From Lingula anatina (Eukaryota > Animalia > Brachiopoda): a DNA stretch of 64,000 nt. This document shows, in pieces, positions 25,131 to 38,574 of this stretch. Positions within the stretch are counted from its first letter, which is position 1. The number at the start of each line of letters is the position of its first letter. The notes beneath the pieces were generated by a model. It searched no databases. It was not told the origin of the DNA and saw only the letters and a list, made by a program, of their open reading frames with translations. The DNA lies in NCBI GenBank assembly GCA_051362555.1, contig CM120646.1, positions 11,470,001-11,534,000 of the forward strand, read 5' to 3'. A program made the position numbers and the translations under genes.

Positions 25131-27933
25131 TTTATGTACAGACACAGATGTGTCTGTACATATAGCCATCACCTGCGTCTGTCGTCGCCGTCGTCGTCGC
25201 CGTGCACTTTTACCGATAACACGATAAGTGGAAAACCATTTTTTCTTTTGGCTTACAGAACTGATGAATATTCATAATACGCAGATCAAGTTCAAAAATC
25301 AGCATGATTGGGCTATTTTTAGGGAAGTTATGCTGTTTTTTCCCTTTTTTCAGCATTTATATAGCACCGATAACATGATAAGTGGAAAACCGTTTTATTT
25401 TTTGGTTTGAAACTTATAGAACTGATGAATATTCATAATACGCAGGTCAAGTTCGAAAATCAGCATGATCGGTCCATTTATATGGAAGTTATGCTGTTTT
25501 TTCATTTTTTTCAGCATTTATGCAACACCGATAACACGATATTTGAAAAACCGTTTTACCTTTTCACTTGAAACTTACAGAATTGATAAATATTAATAAT
25601 ACCCAGGTCAAGTTCGAAAATCAGCATGATAGGAACATTTTTATGGAAGTAATGCTGTTTTTTTCACTTTTTTCAGCATATATTCAACCCTGATAACACG
25701 ATAAATGAAAAACCACTTTACTTTTTGGCTTGAAACTTACAGAACTGATGAATATCTATAATACCCAAGTTAAGTTTGAAAATTGGCATGATCAGGGCAT
25801 TTTTATATAAAGTTTTGCTGTTTTTTCACTTTTTTTCAGCATATATGCAACACCTATAACACACTTAAAAGAAAATTGATTGGCCAATTGTCTTGAAATT
25901 CACAGTAGTGATCAGTGTTACTGAAATACAGATTAAGTCTTGAAAATAAGCTTGATCAGTTAAAGTTTGGTGAAGTTATGCCTTTTTTGTATATAAGTGT
26001 TTTTTTCCTTAAATTTAATTCTCAGGCATGTTAACAGTCATTTTTGAACTAATTAGATATGTTAAAAAAACTCATATCTTTACATTTTGTCAGATTCAAC
26101 CATTCACTATGTTCAGAATCTCAGAATGGAGCAAGTTGGACATTTATAATTGTTCTATTGAAATTTTTGCTTTGACAACATATTTTTTGATCGATCATAT
26201 AAAAAATGACAGTAAATTGATTATTTTGTTTTATGAAAAAAAGGTGTTGAAAATGGATATGAACTCTTTCAATACAGTTTTCTCTTGTTTACATTTTGGT
26301 ATTTTCAAAGTATGACTCTGAACTCTATGGGCTAGTCACATTTTCTGAATATCCATGATACTTTTATTTTTTTATTTAAAAATTTATGTTTATTTATTTA
26401 TGCTGTTAAGCATTGTGTAATATTGCATCAAAATTGAACAAAACCCTATTCGGGCACTGCCTCCGTAGTGGCGGTGAAAGGAAAACCATGTCACTTGCTC
26501 TTCTCACACTTACAGGAAAGAAACATAGGACTGAAATACAGCTTCAGTTGAAAAATTGTCTCATTAGTTAGTTATATTTTTATCTTTCACATGTTGAAAT
26601 TTTCAATGTGGGACTTAGAGCTCCCTTGGGCATGAAGCCCAGTGGTAATCAAATTTTCTTAATGTCCATGTTTTTAATAGTAGATATTTTAAAATTGGTG
26701 GTATTTATACAGTTAATCATTATGTAATGTTGCATCAAAATTGACAAAAAACCTACTTTGTGCTCTGCCACCATTATTATTATGTAAAGTAAAGTGTTAA
26801 GTTCAATTTTTTAACTAGTCTTACAAGAATGATTCATAGGATTGACATACAGCTTATATTAGAAAACCAGCTCTATTGGATTATCATTTTTATTAAATTT
26901 ATGCATTTTTTTTTAAATTTCTAATTGTAAACTTGAACTCTGATGGGCCTGAAACCTTATGCTTTTACTTTCATCAGTGTTACCTGTTGTGCATAATTAA
27001 AATTTGATGTTAACTGTGCAGTTAAACATAATGTATTATTGCATCAGAAGTGGCAGTCTCCTGTTTTTGTGCATTGCTGTTTTCTGCTTTTCTTAAGGTG
27101 TGACTTATGGGCCTGAAGACCTTTGATAGAAAAATTTGTGTGGTCAGTCTGTAAATTCCCCTTGGGTATTCGCTAGGCTAAGTTCAGTGCTATAAACTAA
27201 TTTGCCTAATTATAAGTGGCCATTAAATGAGATTTCATAAAGCACACTTGTTGATATTTCCCTGTAAACTCCCAAAGGTTAGACTCTCTGCTAGATAACA
27301 TAGTGTCCATAATAAGGAAGCAGTAAATAGCAGCTTCATTGGAATTATATTTTTGTTGTTTTTTTAAAAATTTTTTCTCCAACACTGGCATTTTTAAGAT
27401 GTGACTTTTAACTCCCATCCACCTGAGGCTCTGCACATTTTCTGTATTTCCACATAAGCAGTTGTATTGGTATTTGTCTTTAAACACTATGTAGCATTAT
27501 TTTATGCACTGTCATCATTTTTTCATATATTGGGACTTGCATCATGTGAATTTAACTCTCATGGTCATGAAACTGTAATATTATTGAAGGAGTGTATTGA
27601 GACCATCTTCTGGGTCTCCAGTAAGACAGTCAGATTTTAAAGTTCATATTGATAGGTATCTATTTTTTCTGTTGGAAGACCATCAAAATGGGAGATGGAT
27701 CAACAAAGATACTTTGGAATACTGTCAGAAAATATCTCTGGATCTGCTCCTGTTATTGACCATGTTACCTGTTGCGCATGATTAAAAATCAGTGTTGACT
27801 GACTGTGCTATTATAAGAATTATTTATTATTGCATCAAAATTGACAAAATGACCTATTTTGCATCTTTTTTTCTGTTTTTTTTTTTTTTTTTTTTTTTTT
27901 TGTCTGTACATTTGACAGCTTTGCTGCCTTGTT
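25131..27933 (-). mobile_element. HINE/pearl-like non-autonomous Helentron-type element (~2.8 kb) with an internal array of ~4 x ~160 bp
   Basis: Reverse complement of the 14494 and 43619 family. Hairpin TGTACAGACACA-GA-TGTGTCTGTACA at ~25135-25160, (GTC)n tract, repeat units starting ~25212/25367/25528/25690. Comparison with the empty site at 53341-53360 shows insertion in a T-run with no TSD. Confidence 0.75.
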
Positions 27934-27955
27934 CTTAATTATATTCAAAAGACAG

Positions 27956-28490
27956 ACAACCAAACAAGTGCTGTGAGAAATGTCGGCGTGAATGTCGTGC
28001 AGACAGTTATAGCGGTATTATTAGTTCATGTATTTGGACTGATAATACTTGTTGTACTGGTATATCAAATTTGGAATCCTGTGTGAACCCCCAAACAACT
28101 TTTTACACCCTATGCATTTGTATCAGTGTGGCTGATTTACCTAATCCAGACAAAGTTACTTTAATAAGACTATTTACTATACAAAAACTTTTGCCCATTA
28201 CTGTAAAAAAAGCAAAATTGTATCTTTAAGTGTTGTTAATTACAGGTTTTGTAGGTGCCTTTAAGTTTGAATTGATAAATATTTCCGACTTCTCTTGCAC
28301 GATGTTTGTTTTATACTTCCAGCTAACGATGTTATACACCAGGCAGAAGAACAAACGTAACACTGTGTTGCCCAGATTTCTTTGGTTCATGATTGTCGCG
28401 CCTGCCGAAAATGAAAACGAACCTTGCGTTTCACAAAATCAGGCCCCGTCTCACAGAAAATCTTAAGTCCTCTTCTGTGGCTAAAATGGA
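27956..28490 (+). pseudogene. IgSF receptor pseudogene C (paralog of gene E): only TM and cytoplasmic exon remnants
   Basis: 27956-28093 matches the gene E TM exon but has TGA at 28084 and has lost its donor. 28323-28490 matches the gene E tail exon with frameshifts. Signal, V and C2 exons are missing: homology jumps from ~24780 (=50210) to ~24955 (=53140). Confidence 0.85.
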
Positions 28491-28618
28491 GTTACTTAAC
28501 TTACTTACTTACTTAGAATAAATATAAATAAATAAAATTAAATTAAAAATAAAGTAAAATAAAAAGCCGCGTTCCTCGTTTTATCTATCTGAATTTCAGC
28601 AACTATTTAGAAATCTTA

Positions 28619-29039
28619 CACACACTGGACAAAAGAAGTGTCACCCCTACTGAGCCAATACTATGGGGGAGATAAATGACTGTGGAATGATATGCTCCTG
28701 GTATCATTTCATTAACATCAAATTTCACAAAAAAATCACAAAATGAGAACAAAATATACATTCTACCAAAATATGCAGTTTCAAGTCCAAAATTAGTATT
28801 TAGTGGCATAGCCACTTGACCTAATAATAGGTGCCAGTCTACGAAGCAAGGATTCATATAATTGTCTGATGCGTTCAGGGCTTATGCTGGCCCAAGCATG
28901 AAACACTGAATATAACAGAGTTTCTCTGCTGGTTAGACGGACATTTGTAAAAAGTTGCTGACATATCATTCCACACATTTTCTATTATGTTTGCATCCGG
29001 ACTCTGGGCAGGCCACATCCTGTGGATGTCCAGTGTGTG
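28619..29039 (-). mobile_element. 421-bp internally deleted derivative of the same Tc1 family
   Basis: One full TIR at 28619, the 3' end of the transposase (WPAQSPDANIIENVW) and only ~13 bp of the other TIR. TA on both sides. Empty site at ~54077. Confidence 0.9.
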
Positions 29040-30923
29040 TAGCTTACTAATAATTGGGAGCTGCATACTCAATATAAATCAACAAAAACACATCTTAAAC
29101 TCATCTTGGAAATTGAGATTACAAAAAATTTATTTTTTACTTTTTTGTCCGCTTAATGTCTGATGGTGACGTCCCAGTACAAAATGATATTTTGCCATTT
29201 CTTTAATTAATCTTGAATCCATTAGTGCCGAGGATACACTATCGAATTAAGTTAACAGCAAACTAAGTTTACATTTTGCCTGATTGTATCGTTGATAAAT
29301 AATCATTCAGAGAAAAGCAATTTTGAATATTTTGAACCAAGCGCGAGGGATAGGCGGCAAATATAAGATTTTAAATTGTTTGTGAAACAAACTGAGTCAG
29401 TAACAGAGTGCATGTAGTAGGCTTTGGTTTACCTTTGTGAAACGGGGGCCAGTTTCATTACGGCAGTCGGATGAAAAGATTTTAAAAAATTAGATTTGTC
29501 TTTATATTAAAACGTAAGATTTATTTATTAGAATTTGTAAGTCCTTGCTCTATGGGGCAATTTTACGTTTTTATGAAAATCTTTATAAATGTTTTTATAT
29601 AAAATGTCTATATATAGAATTTTTTGAGTAAGGTGATTTTAAAAAACTAAAATCGAAAATAGTAATTTCTTGAAACTTGTTGTCCTCCAAATATATCAAT
29701 TTCCGACATTGCCTAGTACACGTATGCGTCATCGCCTGATGATATGTCACGTGTTCGCAAAACACTCTACAGACGTGTTTAAAAATCGATACCAGCAATG
29801 ATGCCCATATTGAAAGTAATTGAAAACAAACATACAATAATGATAAGGCAAACATTGAAAATGACAATGGCGGTTTACAGTATCTGTCATGAATTATTTG
29901 ACATTTAATGACGCTTCCTATCAACAAGAGTCCAGGTCAACATGATTCTCGCCGAAAACAGACAGTATAGACACAAAAAAATAAAGTTTGCCATAAAAGC
30001 ATGGTCCACATTTGGTTGATATTTTTAGTGTACACACGGGTCATCCTGTGTGTGCGCATTGATCCAGATACAGTGTAAAGTTTTTCTATTGATCTTAGCT
30101 ATGAAGATAAATGTGTAGCCATTTTGTACAGTGTAAAGTGTTAGCCGGCTGCAGTGTTTGCTTTCATGCGATATCAGCTGATTCAACTGTGCGACATACA
30201 TGTATTTATCCAAAATGGTATCAGAACTGACACTTCACGATGTTTTTTACCGTTCGCTGAGATCCAATGGCATTTTTTGCCATTTTATATGTACATTTAT
30301 TGTGTCACATGTGGCAAGATTGATTATATATATTTCAATGAATTGACTATAGAAAAACCAATATTATTTGTTTCTTTTTGTTAATGTCTTCGTGTGAAAG
30401 ACGTCAGCTCAAATTTTACGCACTACAGTAGCAGACGTTATCTTTAGTTAGGCTCTTCATGGAGTTGTCGGTATTACCGTATTTGTATGGGGAAAATACA
30501 CGCTTGAATTAATCCTTTCAAGCCTGTGTTGACTCAAAAGGTGAACAAGCTGACATAAACCGTGCGTTCCCATGGTTAATTTTCATTTCCATTCAATCTA
30601 CAATATGTTTGGTTTAAAGCACAAATATTTGAATGGATACTATTGACCTATACCCTTTTTTCCATTTGAAGGTGAAAAACAAGTAATGACAGTCTATTTT
30701 TGATCTGGTGCAATTCCAAATTGTAAGGTGGGTTTTTCCGTTGTGGTAGTTGCGTATGCTGACGTTGCACATCTACCACATGGATCCGCCTTATTGGTAT
30801 ATACAGTGTATTTATTGACATCTTATTTTAGTTAAAACTAAACAAGCATCACATAGAGGACGATGCTGAAATTACTGCAGCAGCTCCACGAATTTTATTT
30901 TGTTAATAAAAACTACCGTCAGC

Positions 30924-31007
<84 letters not shown>

Positions 31008-31011
<4 letters not shown>

Positions 31012-33720
31012 AGGTTTGCTGTGTTTGTTGTGTTAGCTATGATTGTGTTCGGTGTGTATCGTGTATGTTCGTATGTGTACGTAGAGGTCAAGGGTTGAAA
31101 GACCGCGCCCCATAAAATTTGATTTCCACCTGAGAGTCGGACGGAGATGCAGGTTGAATAACTGAAATAGGTATTCCAGTGAGCTTGCAGGTAAGTTTAA
31201 CTATATTTAATAAAGGACCAATCCATAGTTTAAATTCATACATTTCTAAATTGATATATTTATTTTTTATGGTGTTTTTGGCATTGTTATATTTTTATTT
31301 CTTTGTTCTGTCTTTCTTGTCTTTCGTCAGTGTAAATTTTGTATATGTAATTGTTTAAAATTAATTTGTTTATATTGCTCTTGCAGATATTTGGAGATAT
31401 TTGGAGATATTTGTACAATAACAATAAAGAAACATCAACCCGAGCTATCGGTCTGTTACATTTGGCGCCCGAACAGGGACTTGACTACAAATTGATATCT
31501 GCAAGAGTCACGGCCTGTTAAGAGAGATATTTTCGTCCGTCCTCCAAGGGTCCCCACTGCCCCGTATAACACGGTCCAGAGAAGAGGGATACTTTCTTTC
31601 TCTCCGCCAAGGATTCCCGCTGCCCCGTAGAACACGGTCCAGTGAAAAGGGATTGTTTTTCTTGCTGTCCGGTAAAACACCGATCAGTATATTCAGATGA
31701 TGTGTTGATGGCCATGGACGAGTTGTCGTCGATCTAATGCTGTGCCTTTGTGACTGTGCCCGATTCGCATAGGTCTACGTGGACAGCTACGAGTTGACAG
31801 TCGAGGATTTGGTTGCTTGGTTTGGCGTAATTGTCGAACTTTACATTGACTGCAGTGTACATATTTTGCCTAGGCTGTATATATTTCATTTGACTGTGGA
31901 CTTTAATATTTTTTTGCCGATATTCAGACATTGATATTGAACTTTTCTGATTGCACTGTTGTATAAAATTGGACTACTATTCCCACTGACTTTTGGATTT
32001 GTCCATATAAAGACTTTTGATACCTGTACATATATTTTTTATTCACCAGTAATTTATATATTTGAGGCTAGGTATAATACAAACATAACGTTGGTAGAAT
32101 TTTTATTTTCATCTAACACGTTGGTTTGTTGATTACCAGGCTTCGTAGGAGTTCTTTAAAGTAATGAATACCAAATTATTTATTTATTTTTTCTTAACAA
32201 TTTGATAATTTACAGTAGTTTGACTAATTTTCTTATTTTTTTTGCAGACAGTTCTAAAAACACCAATTTTAGATCATAGTTGGCGATATCTCAGACTAGT
32301 GGATTGGTCCTAATTAGTGAACTAGGTCTATATAAAGACACGGAGTCTTATGGTCCTATATATCCAGCAGATTCTCTCAGGTAAGTGATATTTATTTAGG
32401 GATTTTTTTTCTTGCCTGGGGGAAAGGGGGCCTACATTTCTCCCGATGTGTGAGTTTTGAATGTGTCTTCAACTGATTATGAATATGTTGTGATGATATT
32501 GATATGATGGTGTGAAATCATGACTGTGCATTGATGCTATTGATATGTACTTGACAATGAATAAATAAACATTTTTGACTATTGTGTTGTTATTATTCAT
32601 GAATGAATGTGATGTATATATTAGCTAGCAATATGGCATAAAAGTTTTTGAGAATGGCCTACCTATCGTCTTTATTAAGGTCAAGAAGCATTGTCATTAC
32701 TGGACTGCCCGAACAAATTACAGACTCTGAATTGAAAGACTTTTTAAAATTCCATCTGGTATTCCATTTAAGCAGTGGTTGTTTGAAGTCAAAGCTCTTC
32801 GACGTGACGGTATTTATTCCGATGCCGTTTTATTACATGCGATCAGAAGGTCACTCAAAGGTTCTGCGTCTGATGTTTTATATCACTTGGTTTGGTTCGG
32901 AATGTCGCATTCGATGGTAAACACAAGATTGCTGATAGATGGCAGAGTGAAGTGTTTGTGGTAGTAGATCAGCCGAATGATGGTATTCCAGTGTATGTAG
33001 TGAAAAGAGAAGATGGTGCAGGAAAATCAAAGACACTACATCGAAACATGTTACTTCCCATCTATGAAATGAAACAGGAATATGAAGAAAAACAGAATGA
33101 AGAACTTGCAGAAGTACGACCCACAAGAAGTAAGAACAGGCCAGAATGGATGAATAACAAAGATTGGATATTGTAAATAAAATTATATGGCATAATAAAT
33201 ATAAATCAAAGATTGATGTTGTTGTTGTTTTTAATGGTGTGGAACCCATTTCGGGGGGAGGGGAGAATGTAAGGTTTGCTGTGTTTGTTGTGTTAGCTAT
33301 GATTGTGTTCGGTGTGTATCGTGTATGTTCGTATGTGTACGTAGAGGTCAAGGGTTGAAAGACCGCGCCCCATAAAATTTGATTTCCACCTGAGAGTCGG
33401 ACGGAGATGCAGGTTGAATAACTGAAATAGGTATTCCAGTGAGCTTGCAGGTAAGTTTAACTATATTTAATAAAGGACCAATCCACAGTTTAAATTCATA
33501 CATTTCTAAATTGATATATTTATTTTTTATGGTGTTTTTGGCATTGTTATATTTTTATTTCTTTGTTCTGTCTTTCTTGTCTTTCGTCAGTGTAAATTTT
33601 GTATATGTAATTGTTTAAAATTAATTTGTTTATATTGCTCTTGCAGATATTTGGAGATATTTGGAGATATTTGTACAATAACAATAAAGAAACATCAACC
33701 CGAGCTATCGGTCTGTTACA
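31008..33720 (+). mobile_element. Non-autonomous Gypsy-type LTR retrotransposon (2.7 kb) inserted in a (TA)n tract
   Basis: 453-bp LTRs (31008-31460 and 33268-33720), TG..CA ends, one mismatch seen. PBS TGGCGCCCGAACAGGGAC at 31463-31480. PPT GGGGGGAGGGGAGAA at 33253-33267. Interior holds PNMA-like gag relics (SIVITGLPE; EVKALRR..AIRRSLKGSASDVL) joined to an integrase C-terminus (GKHKIADRW..PVYVVK..KTLHRNMLLP). No RT. Confidence 0.93.
31463..31480 (+). promoter_or_regulatory. Primer binding site complementary to the 3' end of tRNA-Lys(UUU)
   Basis: 18-nt TGGCGCCCGAACAGGGAC, 2 nt after the 5' LTR; this is the known tRNA-Lys3 PBS sequence. Confidence 0.9.
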
Positions 33721-33989
33721 TATATATAGACTTGACATTTAATATGGAATATTTCGGTTTCGAAGGTATACCTAGGTAAAAATGCGTTCTTTTATCAAAA
33801 AACTCCGATCTCATATAAGATTTGTGAATGGAGAACTGTGTAGTCAGGTGTGTCGCTACCAATTATCTGACTTTCATGTCTGTTGCGCTGCTACATTATG
33901 TAATGTGCAGTGATTTAATTGGGTAGTGTTCCTTTGGACTGGTCAAAGCTTGGCTTGGGCAAAGCTTGGTTCTGTCAAAAAAAGTATCC

Positions 33990-35060
33990 ATATGTCGACA
34001 ACTGCTGCATAGAAGAATTTGAAATTTTGCGTGCAAGCGGTCAGTTTTGTAGTGCGGAAGATGAGTCAAGTAGTGCATTACAAATTTTTAATCTATGGCA
34101 GAATGGCGCAAAAAAGACAGACATTACCAGACAGATCATAGCGTCAAACAGAACGGTCCCCACAGTTTTATAGAGTAATGCCCAGACTGTTCCTACACAG
34201 AGGTCACTCCCAGTGTATCAAAATCTTACCTACATGGTACAGGACCCACTGTCTTTCGGGATCCGCTGCTGCAACCAAACAAAAACACTTAGTCCGTTCA
34301 GAACGAGGGGTAAATTGCCACCAAAATGCGTTTTTCAAAGCCCTTAGCGAACACCAAACTGGGTTTAGCAGGTAAAAACACCAAACGACCTCCGAGGCAC
34401 TGTAAACAGCAAAACATCGTCGTCTGTTTCTCTAATGAATTGGGGCCATGAACGTTTCTGGGTAGAACACTGAAACTGCATGGCTTTCTTTATTGAGGTC
34501 AGATTTCACCTATACCGCCCAATTAGTCAAAACAGAGTTTACAGAAATCCAGAAGAGGCCTACGACGAAGCATATGCCGGGTCTAAAGTGAAAAGGGTGA
34601 TTGACAGCGTCAGTATTTGGAGTGGATACCACATTGGTGCCAAAACACCAATGGTAGTCATCGACGAAAACCTGAACCAGATCAAATTAAGGAATAATCT
34701 CGGAACCACTTGACTATCATTTGATAGGGGGCACCTTAGGAACAATTTTAGGTTGCACGGTGAGGTTGCAGGTTCACACAGAGCACTTTTAAGAGCAGAT
34801 AACTTACAGAACCAAGGGAATGAGCAGCTACCCTGGTCATCAAAATCGCCAGATTTGAACCACATAGACAATATTTCGGTAGGCCATTACTCGCCGAATC
34901 AACTGCCTACATGTCCTACAACAAAACTGGACCAGATTGGACACTTTTAGATCGATGCCTGGAATATTATTCCAGATTGAACTCTAAAAACCTACCCCAA
35001 GGAATGCCTTGCCGCTTGAGAGCGCTGGCAACAGCCAGAAGAGGCCAGGCGTAACAGCGA
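33990..35060 (+). mobile_element. Highly degraded Tc1/mariner-like transposase relic
   Basis: Fragments in shifting frames: HTH-like N-terminus (IFNLWQNGAKKTDITRQI), SVSIWSG..KTPMVVIDENLN, LPWSSKSPDLNHIDNI. Termini not defined. Confidence 0.65.
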
Positions 35061-35367
35061 CCATTACTGTGACTATAGCAACTGACATGAGGGTCTTTTG
35101 TGGAGCGTATAACTCTTTCAAAGACGATAATTTGGAAAATATGGAGAGCCAAAATATCTCTTTTAATAGAAGTCGTATGACATTTAATAGGCAATGTGTT
35201 TTTGTTTGCTTCTCTGGCAAATTCCATCAATGAATTGATATCACAATGACATCAAAGAGATAATTTAAAGTTATTAAAACACGATTTTAATCTTTATTTT
35301 CATTTATCACTCAGCAAAATAGGGAAAAACTGATAAAAAATTACTTGGAAAAAAAATTACATATTAA

Positions 35368-36388
35368 CCCTCAAGAGACCAAGCTATTTTACTGACTGAA
35401 ATGACCAAGTGGGGTCATCTATGACCACATTGTGCTCTGCACAGGGATCTTTATTATAAAAGGCTGCTGAGGCTTTATCACACCCATACTACTCCCAGGA
35501 TTTAAGACAAGTATTTTATAATGATCTAATGTAATAAGTATTTGGTAATAATACTTTTATTGCATGAAATAACCAAGCACAGATTTTAAGAACAACATTA
35601 CTCCGGTATTTAGACAGTCCTTGTCAGTTTCCACTTGCAGAAATATTTCTCTTTTAATTTGCCACACTTAATGAAAAAAGTACATTACAAAATTACTTTG
35701 AGTAAAAATATTTTGATTTATGTTGAGATAGCATCCTGCTATCTTCAATAAGAATAATTAGCTGACTTGCTGAGTAGGGAATACCCTAATGCTGGTAAGG
35801 AAGTCATACAACTCAGAACACATTCAATCAACCTACATGTATGTTACTACCACATCTGTGTATAAAACAAAATCCACACAAACAATTTGTTAATATATGT
35901 ATAATATGATATCGACAGAATAATTTAGATTTCCGAAATACCCGAAATTTGTAACCGTCAAAATGAGAGACCCAGTTATGAGAACAAGTTCCAACAAAGC
36001 AACTGAAATTAGATTTAGCGATGCACTATTAGTAACACTTCAAGCACAATCTTCACAAACCACTTATTTGTGCCTATGTTTTGGGCACACTGGCTGGTTG
36101 CATGAAGCACATGCATGTGAGATTTTCCTGTCAGTGTTGCGTGGGTAATAAAATTTAACTAATATTTAAAAACCAATGCTTCTCTTTGGGGTCATAAATG
36201 ACCCCACAAGAGTTTTTGATGTATACGCCACACTAATTGGTTGATCCCTACAAAAAACTGTGAAAGTGTGTAGGATTAGTAGACTGACAAACTCATGCAA
36301 GGAAAGAAAATTCGAATAAAAAATAAAGAGATGGCACATTAAATCATATGGCTTGGGTCGTAAATGACCCCACTCGGTCACTTGAGGG
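35368..36388. mobile_element. Non-autonomous piggyBac-like element (~1.0 kb)
   Basis: TTAA on both sides, CCC..GGG termini, TIR CCCTCAAG(A/T)GACC(A/G)AG, sub-terminal palindromic repeats GGGGTCATnnATGACC at both ends. Confidence 0.8.
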
Positions 36389-36404
36389 TTAAATGTCAAG
36401 GCTG

Positions 36405-36406
<2 letters not shown>

Positions 36407-36482
<76 letters not shown>
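36407..36482. repeat. (TA)n microsatellite
   Basis: Direct reading. Confidence 0.95.
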
Positions 36483-36487
<5 letters not shown>

Positions 36488-36759
36488 GTAAAAACTTTTT
36501 TCCTGTACGAGTAATATTATATATATAATAAAAAGAAAAAAGAACAGCAACTTTTTTTGCCCCGACCGGTTTCTTTTTTCTTCAGGGGGTTTTGTTTATT
36601 TGTTACTAGGTGATGTCATAAAGGCTAAAATATGACGTCTGTAACAATGGGTGTTTAATTGTAACTTTTACCAATGCTTTTATCTATTCAATGTAGGTTT
36701 ATACTTATTAATGAATAGATTTTCTTTCATTTCCCTTTCTGTTTGGGTTGTTTCCCTAT

Positions 36760-37283
36760 ATATATATAACAATTGTTTCCGTTGTACGACGTTTTAAAAA
36801 TGTTGGAATTGTTTTAATACCTATCCTGTGAATAGAAGGGGGCGGACAAACAATGGGGAGCCGTCTAAATCCCATCAAAATTCGAACGAAAAAACACAAT
36901 AGTTTAGGCGTACCCGTAATAACACACAATATCTTAGGCGAGTGAAACCCATGACGCCGGTATCTGTGGTCCAGCGCGAGTGCAACAATCCGCTGTAACA
37001 AAGTGTAATTAACAGCACGATACATCAGCCAGAAGGCCCCCATTGTTTGTTCTAGCGAAAGGATTATAGCTGTAAGAGGTTTGAACCCATGCTACCGCGT
37101 GCCACTAAACTGTCTCCCGTAGCGAACTGTCCTTTTGTTCACTAGTTTGGCACGCGCAGCTGATTTTCTTTTTAGTGTTGCTAAAAAACTGCTAGTTAAA
37201 TTTGTTATCAGGTATTTCATTCAATATAAATTTTCTGTAGTCAAAAATTGAACTAAGTATTGTTTGTTTGATTAACACGCATT
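36760..37283 (-). repeat. Dispersed ~510-bp repeat; inverted copy of 2270-2783 (gene A V-C2 intron)
   Basis: Reverse-complement similarity along its length (e.g. CAGCTGCGCGTGCCAAACTAGTGAACAAAAGGACAGTTCGCTACG). Family not identified. Confidence 0.75.
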
Positions 37284-38477
37284 TATTAATAAATGAATAA
37301 TCTATTTACAAACTTACTAGTTCAAGTATTTATAAAACATGAACGATAATGAATGAGGAATAAGGAAAAAACAGCGAATATCATTTTCAAAAAGGAACAA
37401 TACATGGCAAATATATTACTTATACTATATTTATATTATAATATTTAAATTAAATGAGGTGCATTGACAGAGGCGCAAGGAGAATCCAACTCCAACGTGC
37501 AACAGGGGGACCTATGACATTTTGATCACTCAATACGTGAGAGTATGGTCAATTTACAGTGTAAATCATCAGTTAAAGAGGAGGGGGGTCTTTCCATAGC
37601 TCGCTCTCTATTGTTAAACGCGACTGTTATTATCTCTCGAACAAGCTTAAACCATGCTCATACAATTACTGTGTCTCCGGCTGCCGTGCAGAAACGCCAT
37701 GTCGAACATATTTTACTACAGTTACAAACAGTTAACACTAGCGACTTGTTTTAGATCACTCAAGTAAGAATACATACATGCGATACCTGGGGGGGGGGCA
37801 ATCAAGTATGCAAATGATCTATTATTTGTAATTGCACAGTACATATAAAAAGACCTTTGTCCTAACTCAGTAGTTTGGTATAGGATGCTTGGACAAAAGT
37901 TTCTATTCAACTCGCTTAGACTAGGGAATTATATCCGATATAATTCCCTGCTTAGACCTAGGGCGTGATGCTGCTATCACCCAAGGAAACACCTTCACTG
38001 AACCCTCTACCTGAAGTCCCCCTAGCTGAAACAAGAATGTCCCTTGAGCCCGTCCATTTGTTAATCGTCAAATGATTTGTGATTTCATTGAACGTCTTTG
38101 ATCGAAAGCTTTTAAGTGACAATAACCAAACCTTGTGCTGATTATTTATTAAAGCGTAAGTTTATTCAACATGATCTATTATGTAAACAATACTTGCCTA
38201 GATTGTGCTTGGGTTGATCATCGTCACTGTTTGGCTACTCTCACTGTGTGCTGAACGACAGACAACTTATACATATCATCTGTGTTACCAAGGAGTTATA
38301 ACTCCTTGGTGTTACTGTGTAAATGATCACATTAAGTTAAAATATAACGATGTCGGTGATTTAATTGCAGACTGGTTTTGTTTAAATTGTCGTAAATTAA
38401 GTAAAGCTTAACAAACCCTGTTTCTAGTTCACAGTGTTTATCCCAGCTACATGTATAAAACTGCATGAAGAATATAA

Positions 38478-38540
38478 GGCCACACTTTTTTTATTTTTAT
38501 GGATGACATCCTGCGCGCGCACCGATTTTTGCCCGCTCTC

Positions 38541-38574
<34 letters not shown>

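Larger units (their letters stand above)
5990..30926 (+). repeat. Segmental duplication unit 1 (gene B + pseudogene C), paralogous to 40170-56306
   Basis: Collinear homology from 6001 (=40181) to ~30926 (=56306) once the TE insertions are removed. Confidence 0.9.

Noticed and set aside
25200-25860. CRISPR-like or coding tandem repeat
   Set aside because: Whole ~160-bp units repeat; this is the internal array of a HINE/pearl-like element.
31463-31484. Lentiviral (HIV-like) sequence
   Set aside because: The identity only reflects complementarity to the conserved tRNA-Lys(UUU) 3' end. The rest is Gypsy-like with no env.
38205-38411. Small secreted or PHD-like protein (..DWFCLNCRK)
   Set aside because: Only a WFCxxC fragment with a GTG start in a TE-rich spacer; not enough Cys/His ligands or splice support.
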